Below are positions 54,368 through 64,000 of a stretch of DNA of 64,000 nt, one piece after another (position 1 is the stretch's first letter; each line of letters starts with the position of its first letter). Below the pieces are notes generated by a model. That model was not told the origin of the DNA. It saw nothing but the letters and a program-made list of their open reading frames with translations, and searched no databases. Location of the stretch: NCBI GenBank assembly GCA_964016885.1, contig OZ024741.1:146816001-146880000 (forward strand), written 5' to 3'. The stretch is from Eledone cirrhosa. Taxonomy: Eukaryota. Position numbers and translations under genes: made by a program.

Positions 54368-55033
54368 GGCTCAAATATTCAAATATTCAACTTTGTATTG
54401 TACACTGTATATCCAAAAAAAAATGGCTATAAATGTAAGAAGAAGAACTCCCCCCCCCCCTCCTCTCCTCTGGCTACACTATATAGGACAGCTAAACTCA
54501 CCAACACCAGAAACTAGATACACCGCCCACCCCATCATCTGTGTACACTAAACAGAATAGCATTTTCACCTTCACCGCCACCGCTCACTACGGCCATCAT
54601 TACCACCACTATCCCATCACCGCCGCCACCACCCCTTGACTCCTTCACTGCTGCTGCCACCGCTACAGCACCATCACTACAGTAATACGGCTCAAATATT
54701 CAAATATTCAACTTTGTACTGTACACTGTATATCCAAAAAAAAAAAAAAAAATAAATAAATAAATAAAATGGCTATAAATGGAAGAAGAAGAACCCCCCC
54801 CCCCTCCTCTCCTCTGGCTACACTATATAGGACAGCAAAACTCACCAACACCAGAAACTAGATACACCACCCACCCCATCATCTGTGTAAACTAAACACA
54901 ACAGCATTTTCACCTTCACCGCCACCGCTCACTACGGCCATCATTACCACCACTATCCCATCACCGCCGCCACCACCCCCTGACTCCTTCACTGCTGCTG
55001 CCACCGCTACAGCACCATCACTACAGTAATACG
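54368..55033. repeat. Tandem duplication of a ~320-345 bp C/A-rich unit
   Basis: 54368-54688 vs 54689-55033 (GGCTCAAATATTCAAATATTC...CTACAGTAATAC); partly homologous to 53980-54085. Confidence 0.9.
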
Positions 55034-55603
55034 GTCGCATCACCGCCACCACTGCCTCGGTATCGACATCACCGCCACCACTGTCTCAGTATCGCCAACG
55101 CCGCTAGTCTCTGCTGGCTACCACTTCCACATTATAGAATTCCTACTACTAACAAAGAGGAAGGCATCAAAATATATAGATAGACTCAAAAGAAAAAAGA
55201 AAAAACAAACAACAAAAGCAGCACAGCAACAACAGTAAAAAACGAGAAAAACAGAGAAAAACGAAAACAAAAAAAGAAACCCCAAAAACGTAAAGAAAAT
55301 AAGAATGAAGAGAGAAGCAGGCGGACGGACAGAGAAGAGGGGGGGAAAAGTAAAACTTAAAAAACAAAAACTAAGTCAGACATTCGAATACTACATTACA
55401 ATGAAACTTATGCTTATTCATTTTTGGGGCCCTTTCTGCCCGTGTGTTTGTTTGTTTATGTGTGTCCGTATACAGCGTGGTGATAATGCCACACAAGGGC
55501 CAAGTGGGATGGCGGATCCACAGATGGCTATGTAAACATACATTCGCCAATCCTCGATAAGAGTGTTTAAATATCGAACATAAACAGTTCGAATAACGGT
55601 GAA

Positions 55604-58600
55604 ATGGAGACTAGAACGTCATGTGACAGACTCTCACCCAACAGGTGCCCCCTGGCTCAGCAGCAGGAACCTGACTGTCAACGAAATACTGCTGATGTTG
55701 GAGGAAGAAGAAGAAGGAAAGGGGCCAGAACCAACTGGACGAAAGAATTGAATAGAACGGTTATGCAATGCTACCTGAAAAGTAACCCCAAGGAGAGGGG
55801 CTACAGGAGACGGATGCATAACATCTGGAACGAGATTGGTTTATTTAAATTAGATGAACAAAAATTGGCCGGGCAGGCTCGGGTAATAAGAACTAATGGG
55901 TGGATAAGCGAGCTGGAACTGGAGGAACTGAGCAGAGAGAATGGCTTGGAGATGGCGGGTGTAGTATGCCAGACAAGCGAGCCGGCGGGAAATGAAGGTG
56001 AGGAGGTCCTGACAGCGGAGGAACCACCCGAAGCAGACAATGATCTGAATACTGAGATAAATAATACCTGGAACAGAGATACGGCCACTGAGGAGATGAA
56101 TGCTGACGGGCTAGGACAAGATTCGGTTGACATCCTAAATTTAGTGGTAGATGAGTTGAACAATGATAGTGGGAGACCTATGAACCTAAGATTTGTAGAC
56201 AGGAAAAAGTTAAAAGAAACAACAGCTAAGGTAAACAAAGTCATCCCATACCTTGAGGCGAGGAGTCTTCACCAGTGCAACAATATCCTCAAAGCAACAG
56301 CAAATACGGTGAGGAAACTACTTGGTATAAAAGCGAGAGGAAACAACAGACAAGAAAGAGCAGAGCCGTGGTGGAAGAAGCGACTGAGTGGGCAAATCGG
56401 GGAAATGAGAAATGACATAGGAAAGCTTGAGGCACTACTGAATGGGACACTAAAAAACATAGGCACTAAAAATAGACTGGAAATAAAATACAAAACTAGG
56501 AGTAAAAAGCTAAATATTATCATAGAGGAATTGAAGCAACGCATTGTAGCAAAGAGTGCCAAAATCAGGCGATACGAGAACAGAGTCAGTCAGTATAAAC
56601 AGAACCGCATGTTCGACAACAACCAGAAGATGCTGTTTGGACAGCTTGAGGGGAAAGAAAGAGGCACCGACTTGATCCCTGGGGCGGAACAAGCTAAAAC
56701 ATTCTGGAGAGGAATATGGGAGCAGGATGTTAGACACAATGCCCAGGCAGGGTGGATTGAGACAGTACAGAGGGAGATCGGTGAGCAGGCACAGCAACAG
56801 ACTGATTTGAGTATCACAGTTGAAACTCTTAAGGGGCAAGCCAAAAAACTAACCAACTGGAAATCACCAGGCCCAGATGGTGTGCAGGGGTATTGGATTA
56901 AACATTTAACATCCCTCCACCCGAAGCTGACGGCCATGTTCAATGACTGCTTGGTGTCGGGTGAGGTGCCAGAGTGGTTGACAAAAGGTACCACAGCTCT
57001 GATAATGAAAGACCGAATCAAGGGTAATGATGTTACCAACTATAGACCTATCACATGTCTGCCCGTAATGTGGAAACTGTTGACGAGCATTGTGTCTGAG
57101 GAAATCTACCATCACCTCCACACAAACAACTTGTTGCCGGACGAACAGAAAGGATGCCGAAAGAAGTCACGTGGTACAAAGGACCAGTTGCTTATTGATA
57201 AGATGGTAATGGGGAATTGCAGGAGGAGACACACTGATCTTGCCATGGGATGGATAGACTACAGAAAGGCATTTGACATGGTGCCTCATTCCTGGATCAC
57301 CAAAAGCCTGGAGATCTTCAGGGTGGCAGATAACATCAGACAGTTGCTGGGCAGGAGTATGGGGTCCTGGGAGACAGAGTTGACATCAACTGGAGTATCC
57401 TTGGGAAGCGTGAAGATCAAGAGAGGTATCTTCCAGGGAGATAGCCTGTCCCCTCTGTTGTTTGTCCTTGCCCTGATGCCCTTGACCATTATGCTGCGAA
57501 AAGTGAGAGCAGGATACAAGTTGGGAAGGGGAGAGCTTACCATCAATCACCTCCTCTTCATTGACGATCTTAAGCTCTTCGGGAAAAGTGAGAAGGAGTT
57601 GGATGTGCTTGTTGACACTGTCCGTATTTTCAGCAGTGATATATGTATGCAGTTTGGTATTGGTAAATGTGGAGTCATTGTGATGAGGAGGGGTAGGTTG
57701 AGCAGAAGTAACGGGATCCAGATACCAACAGGTGAGATGATAAAGGAAATTGACTCTGAGGAAGGATACAAGTATTTGGGCGTTCTGGAGGCTGATGGCA
57801 TAAAGAACAAAAAAATGAAGGAATTGTTAAGAACTGAATACATTCGGAGAGTAAGGAGCGTATTGAAGTCACATCTGAACAGCAGAAATGCCATAAGCGC
57901 AGTAAATTCCCGAGCTGTGTCTATTATTAGGTACAGTGCGGGAATTCTGAGATGGAATGTTGCTGAACAAAAAGAAATGGATAGGAAGACTAGGAAGCTA
58001 TTGACTATCTACAACATGTTCCACAAGAGGAGTGATGTCGATATACTCTACCTAAGGAGATCTGAGGGTGGAAGAGGTCTTATCAGCATAGAGGACTGTG
58101 TTCAGATGGAGAAAAACAACCTATACAAATACGTGACCTATAGTAAGGAGCCAATGCTCAGAGCTGTACTGAAGGAGGGGACAGTAGACCAGGGGATACC
58201 CAAGGAGGAAATAACATCAAGGAGGAAGAGCAGCCTTAAGGGAAAATCCCTTCATAGTACCTTCTTTGAGAAAACTGAATTTAGAGATCCACAGACATGG
58301 AACTGGTTGAGAAGAGGAGACCTCAAAAAGGCTACAGAAGGAATGCTAATGGCTGCGCAGGAGCAGGCCCTCAAAACGAAGTGGCTGAAGCACCATATCT
58401 ACAAGGAGGAGGCTAGCCCACTGTGCAGGATCTGTGGAGAGAGAGAGGAGACTGTGGCTCACATTGTGTCCGAGTGTAAACACCTAGCCCAGACCCACTA
58501 TAAGGGCTGGAGACACGATGTGATGGGCAGGGTGATCCACTGGCACCTGTGCAAAGTAAACAATCTACCACATTCTGAGAAATGGTATGAGCATAGGCCA

Positions 58601-58996
58601 GAGGCGGTGATGGAGAACAGTCAGGTGAAGGTGCTGTGGGATTTTAGGATACAGACGGACAAAAAACTGGAACACAATAGACCTGACCTGGTGGTTGTGG
58701 ACAAAGAAAAAAGATCGTGCCTGATTGTGGATGTGGCCTGCCCGTTCGACACGAGAGTGCAAGAGAAGGAGAGGGAGAAAATTAACCGATACCAGGACCT
58801 AAAGTGGGAGGTGAAAAGGATTTGGAACTGCCATGAAGTCAAAGTGATCCCGATTGTCATAGGCGCACTGGGGACTATCTCCAAAGGTTTCCAGGGATGG
58901 TTAAAGAAAATCGGCCCCTTCACGCTTTTTGGAACGCTTCAAAAGGCATGCTTGCTTGGAACGGCAAGAACCCTCCGATACGTCCTGAATATCTGA
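55604..58996 (+). CDS. R4/Dong-clade retrotransposon family A copy A3: uninterrupted 1130-aa Myb-like/RT/CCHC/RLE protein
   Basis: N-terminal RTNWTKELN..YRRRMHNIW..EQKLAGQARVI (R4-type Myb-like), RT motifs with FIDD, CRICGEREETVAHIVSEC, RHD, PD..D..EK RLE nuclease; no APE domain; ~75-nt 3' UTR then (TAA)n. Confidence 0.95.
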   Translation: METRTSCDRLSPNRCPLAQQQEPDCQRNTADVGGRRRRKGARTNWTKELNRTVMQCYLKSNPKERGYRRRMHNIWNEIGLFKLDEQKLAGQARVIRTNGWISELELEELSRENGLEMAGVVCQTSEPAGNEGEEVLTAEEPPEADNDLNTEINNTWNRDTATEEMNADGLGQDSVDILNLVVDELNNDSGRPMNLRFVDRKKLKETTAKVNKVIPYLEARSLHQCNNILKATANTVRKLLGIKARGNNRQERAEPWWKKRLSGQIGEMRNDIGKLEALLNGTLKNIGTKNRLEIKYKTRSKKLNIIIEELKQRIVAKSAKIRRYENRVSQYKQNRMFDNNQKMLFGQLEGKERGTDLIPGAEQAKTFWRGIWEQDVRHNAQAGWIETVQREIGEQAQQQTDLSITVETLKGQAKKLTNWKSPGPDGVQGYWIKHLTSLHPKLTAMFNDCLVSGEVPEWLTKGTTALIMKDRIKGNDVTNYRPITCLPVMWKLLTSIVSEEIYHHLHTNNLLPDEQKGCRKKSRGTKDQLLIDKMVMGNCRRRHTDLAMGWIDYRKAFDMVPHSWITKSLEIFRVADNIRQLLGRSMGSWETELTSTGVSLGSVKIKRGIFQGDSLSPLLFVLALMPLTIMLRKVRAGYKLGRGELTINHLLFIDDLKLFGKSEKELDVLVDTVRIFSSDICMQFGIGKCGVIVMRRGRLSRSNGIQIPTGEMIKEIDSEEGYKYLGVLEADGIKNKKMKELLRTEYIRRVRSVLKSHLNSRNAISAVNSRAVSIIRYSAGILRWNVAEQKEMDRKTRKLLTIYNMFHKRSDVDILYLRRSEGGRGLISIEDCVQMEKNNLYKYVTYSKEPMLRAVLKEGTVDQGIPKEEITSRRKSSLKGKSLHSTFFEKTEFRDPQTWNWLRRGDLKKATEGMLMAAQEQALKTKWLKHHIYKEEASPLCRICGEREETVAHIVSECKHLAQTHYKGWRHDVMGRVIHWHLCKVNNLPHSEKWYEHRPEAVMENSQVKVLWDFRIQTDKKLEHNRPDLVVVDKEKRSCLIVDVACPFDTRVQEKEREKINRYQDLKWEVKRIWNCHEVKVIPIVIGALGTISKGFQGWLKKIGPFTLFGTLQKACLLGTARTLRYVLNI

Positions 58997-59082
58997 GGCT
59001 GCAGGTAGTGGCTTGATATTCAATCCAACGGACTTTCCAGTTAACCAACACCAATGACTGAGATTCAAGGAATAACAATAAC

Positions 59083-59163
<81 letters not shown>

Positions 59164-59897
59164 AAGAAGAAGAAGAAGAAGAAGAAGAAGAAGAAGAAGA
59201 AGAAGAAGGGAAGAAGACGCACGAGGTGGTAGAAGGTCATGAAATCGCTCCCAAAAGAAAATAGTTATAAATGGAAGAAAGCACCCTCTGTCTACACTAT
59301 ATAGAACAGCCAAATAACAGCAATTTCACCAACACCAGAAACTTGATATACCACCTATCCCATCACACTAAATATAACAGCCAGATAACGGCAATTTCAC
59401 CACCACCACCATCAATCCCGGCATGATAATAATAATTACTATTATAATTGTCTCAAATTTTAACAAAATGTTTAATTCCAATTTTACGGGAATATGTCAA
59501 CACAATATATATTAAACATACGAACACAAACTCATAGATACTACATATCACAAAACCCAGTAACCACAACGCCACCGCCGCCACCACCCCATCCATCATC
59601 TTGCTACCACTATCCCATCGCCGCCGCCACCACTCCTTCATTGCTACCACCACTATTCCCCTGTTAACTTGAGAGAGAAAGGGGAAGGTGGCGGTATCAC
59701 TAGACAAGGGAGAGGCTAGCAAAAGATATAAATAGATTGACTTAGTGACCTGGCCACCGGCCAAACGTCAAGATCAACAACTATGGGACTGCTGGCTCAC
59801 CCCTTCCTCACCAACAATATAAAAAGCCCCGGCACCACCACCGACATAGCCAACAACAATAACAGGCAACTACAGCAAAAAGTATATTATATTATTG

Positions 59898-59950
59898 TAA
59901 TGCACTGGGTGATTGCTGGCCTTGTGCCTGGAGTGGAGACAATTATTAAT
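59898..59950 (+). mobile_element. S2 SINE 3' tail fragment
   Basis: GTAATGCACTGGGTGATTGCTGGCCTTGTGCC..GAGACAATTATT. Confidence 0.7.
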
Positions 59951-60034
59951 AATTTCATTCTTAAGCCACGCAATGCTCACATTAAGGAACCACTCATGAT
60001 AATAACAATTTAAAAAAAAAACAACAAAAAGAAA

Positions 60035-63000
60035 ACCCCGTGACCAAGAAATACCGGGATGGTGGCCGGCGGGGAATAGCCGTGTCTCTAGGGGAGAACG
60101 ACCCCTCTAGTCTTGGTTGACACTCGTTCTAGAAGTGGTAACACGAAATGATTACCCTTTGGCGGATAAGGATAAAACGCGACAAAATAAAGTAAATGTC
60201 TAATGATAAAATCTCATACCGGATTGGCCGTCACCCGGGTCAAAAAGGGCCGCGTCCCTCAGAGAAGAACCAGACTGGGGTCGAAAAATCAGCTAATGGT
60301 TCAAACCTTCCCATCACTTCGGAGCTGGAGACCTCCCATAACCGGAATACTCCTACTGTTGGCCCTCCATGCTCACCACCAAGAAATCCAAAGAAAAAGA
60401 GAGAAAAATGGTCAAGGGAAGATAATAAAGAAGTCCTTGAGGCTTTCTACACTGCCATGTACTACCCATCAAATACATCGAATACAGAACAGACATATAT
60501 CAACTGGAAAAAGAAACATCCCGAAAACAGAGGCTATATTGACAGTAACAAACTAGCCAATATATGAAAAAATATTGTAAGAAAAAAGTTACTAACTGAT
60601 ATAGAAATTGATCAGATCAAGCTATTAGCACAAAGTCAGCGAAGGGAAAATGAAACATGTGTCAGTGAAAACGAGGTAAACTGTAACACTTCGAACCCCA
60701 GGGTTGGGGCGGAATCACTGGCAACAGAACAAATTAAAGAAAGGATCGAAAAAGTGGAGGGAGTGCATGCTCAGGATGAAACTCCAAATGAAAATAATGA
60801 GATCGTAAATGATAAAGAAATGAATGAGAATGAACTTGCCAACTTGAAGGATGAAATTATGATCGAATGGATGAAAATGAAAGAATCTGACATGGGGCAA
60901 CGAGACACCCTCCCTAAGATCCAGAACTCCAAACAGAACCAAAAGATAATACACAAGACTAACATAATTCTCAAAAACATTATCATCACAAACAAACTAA
61001 ACATTACTGATTTAAATCATCTCTATTATGCATCGGCTAAAGTCACCACTCACTTATGTGGAGTGAAGATGAAAAAACAAAGGAATTCCCACAAGAAATC
61101 TACTTGGCAAGAGAACATCAATCGCCAAATAAACCTTCTCCGATCTGACATAGAAATTTTAACAAACTATAAAGTAGGTGAACATGTTAAACAAACTAAA
61201 CTTAGAAAATTGAAAAAAAAGTACAGTATAAAATCAACATGTGACATAGACATGCTGATAGAAATAATCAAGCAAAAAGTGTCGGCCAAAGCTGCTCGTA
61301 TAAGGCGCTTTGAAAAACGATCTAGATTCTATAAGGACAATAATATGTTCAAAAACAACCAAAGAAACTTCTACAGAAAAATTGGTAAGTCAACAATAAC
61401 TGCTAAATCAATACCACCCAAGGAGGAAGTGCAAGAATTCTGGGAAAAGATCTGGGCCGAAGAAAAAGTTCATAACATACATGCCCCATGAATAGACAGA
61501 CAAATGAAAGATACAGCTCACCTTGAGGAACAAATATGGGAAAATATAACAGTTGAACAGTTGCGCTTGGCTCTAAGAAAAACCAGCAAATGGAAATCCC
61601 CAGGAAAAGACAAAATACAAAACTTTTGGATAAATGCCTTCACAGAGTCTCATGAGCTGTTAGCCCAACTTTACAATGAAATAGTTAAGGAGCCAGAAAA
61701 GATACCATCATGGCTAATTAACGGCATTACATTCCTGCTTCCGAAGAATGATGAGACAAACAATCCCAAAAATTACAGACCGATAACTTGCTTGACCACA
61801 ATGTATAAAATTTTAACATCAGTCCTAACTGAATACACATATGACCACCTGATAACAAATGACCTATTTCCCATTGAGCAGAAAGGGTGTAAACGAGGCT
61901 CATATGGCTGTAAGGATCAGCTTCTGGTTAACAAAATGATACTGGAAGATTGTCATAATAGACACAAAAATCTATCGATTGCTTGGATAGATTATAAAAA
62001 AGCATTCGATAGTTTGTCACACAGTTGGATTGAAAAATGTTTAGAGATTTTCAAAATATCCCCCGTTGTCAGGAGGTTTTTGTCATTCAGTATGAAGACA
62101 TGGAAAACGACACTCCTTTTGAATAGTGAAACAAAATCACTGGAAGCTGGAGAAGTTAATATTAATTGTGGAATTTTTCAGGGTGACTCTTTATCACCGC
62201 TTTTATTCTGCATCGCACTTATACCATTAAGTAAAATGCTCAATGAAACAAAACATGGATATAAAGTCTATGACAAAACCATTAATCACCTGTTCTACAT
62301 GGATGACCTGAAACTATTTGCAAAAAATGATGAACAATTGCAAGGGCTATTATCCACTGTGGAGCAGTTCAGTGATGACATTAAAATGGAGTTTGGACTA
62401 GATAAATGCGCCAAAGCAACGTTCACCAGAGGAAAGCTGCTGAAGAGTTCAGACATTAATCTTGATCGGGGGAACGTGATAAGAGAACTTGATCAAGAAA
62501 AAACTTACAAATATCTAGGTCTTTGTGAAGGAGACGGAATCAAGCACTCGACAATGAGGGAAAGGATAAGGAAGGAATGTTACCGCAGAGTAAGAGCAAT
62601 CTTAAGAACGGAATTGAATGCAAGGAATAGGATCGATGCCATAAACACGCTTGCCATACCAGTAGTAACCTACAGTTACAATGTCATCAACTGGTCAAGC
62701 ACAGAGATCCGTAGGCTCGATACAAAAATTCGAAAATTCTTAACCATGCACATAATGCATCACCCTAAGGCAGATATAGATAGAATATATCTCCCTAGGA
62801 AAGAAGGAGGACGTGGGTTAATCCAGTTAGACGTTGCGTTGAAAACTGCAACAATTGGATTATCTACATATCTAAGGGAATCACATGATTGGATGATCAA
62901 ACTCGTTTTGAAACACGAAAGCATCAAAAGATCATATTCCATTACAAAAGATTCACAAAGATACAGTAATGGACTACAAATTTCAGAAGTCCCATTTACT

Positions 63001-63948
63001 GCTGAAATGGAAAACACAGAAAAAGCAAAGCAGGTAAAAGTAACTGCAAAGAAAGAACTGCTACAGAAACTGGCTAAGAAATGGCAAGAAAAGCCTCTGT
63101 ATGGAAAATACCCAGAAAGAGCTAACAATCCTGATGTTGACAAAACTTTAACCCATCAGTGGTTGGCATCCTCTGGACTGAAATCGGAGACTGAAGGACT
63201 GATTATATCAGCACAAGATCAGCAAAAATTACCAAGCCAACATAATAAAAAATGGATGCAAAAAACAACCAGAGACCATTGACCATATAATTTCAATGTG
63301 CAGTCCTATAGCTCCAACCGAATACCTAAACAGGCATGACAGAGCTGCACAATACATACATTGGATAATGTGTAAGCATTTTGACCTGCCCCATCAAAAG
63401 AATTGGTGGGAGCATCAACCACCTCCCATACTTGAAAAAGATCACATCTCAATCTTGTGGAACTTTAGCATCCAAACAGACCGAAAAATAGATGCAAATA
63501 GACCTGATATAATATTGAAGGACTTTAAAAAGAGGGTATGTCTGCTAATTGATATGTCTGTTCCAATAGACAAGAATGTATCTATAAAAACATTTGAAAA
63601 ATTGAGCAAGTATAAGGACCTGGAGATAGAAATTTGAAAATTGTGGAAATTGAGAACTAAAACAATACCAGTGGTTGTAGGCGCTCTACCTAAGGGGCCT
63701 AATGATTACTTATCGCAGATCCCAGGAAACCCGCGTATAGGAGAAATACAAAAGATAGTACTAATGGGAACTGCCCATATACTAAGCAAGATTCTGTCAA
63801 TATAAGTACATCACAAGTCTAAACACTAAAGATGCATGTGTGAGTATGTATGTTCTTTCTTGAACATGGCGGACCTTGTTGTCTTTTGAGGTCACTGGTT
63901 GTGACTTGGTGATAACTCATATGAACATAAAGCAAGATAAATGCAACT

Positions 63949-63979
<31 letters not shown>

Positions 63980-64000
63980 GAAGAAGAAGAAGAAGAAGAA
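60035..64000 (+). pseudogene. Full-length decayed R4/Dong family B element (ORF 60196-63805) ending in (TAA)n(GAA)n
   Basis: KWSREDNKEVLEAFY N-terminus, WKSPGKD, NYRPITCL, WIDYKKAFD, FQGDSLSP, HLFYMDD, RHD, RPDIIL..IDMSVP; in-frame stops at ~60565, 61489, 63635; small deletions at ~63221, ~63260 (removes part of CCHC) and ~63688. Confidence 0.93.

Noticed and set aside
57556-57567. FIDD as proof that copy A3 is dead
   Set aside because: Both catalytic aspartates are retained and Ile occurs at this position in other RTs; activity cannot be decided from sequence.

Overview
AT-rich eukaryotic (animal) genomic DNA. Dense (TA)n/(TG)n/(GAT)n/(TAA)n microsatellites, CORE-type SINEs and RTE LINEs suggest an octopus/cephalopod-like mollusc (inference only). 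No host protein-coding gene could be supported; the window is almost entirely transposon-derived. Main content: (1) a ~16 kb same-strand array (47.9-64 kb) of two R4/Dong-clade RLE retrotransposon families ending in (TAA)n tracts, including one uninterrupted 1130-aa ORF and a 5'-truncated copy whose ORF is fused in frame through a poly-Asn microsatellite; (2) many RTE LINEs in (TA)n tracts, one nearly intact, with a PHD-type finger inside the RT domain; (3) a full-length decayed L1/Tx1-clade element in an (ATCT)n/(TC)n tract; (4) Penelope-like RT remnants and several foldback 'hairpin + tail' mini-elements with hammerhead-like motifs; (5) an inverted pair of CR1-like fragments, a mariner relic, a hAT-like non-autonomous element, tRNA-derived SINEs and minisatellites. 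All calls come from reading motifs by eye; boundaries are approximate.
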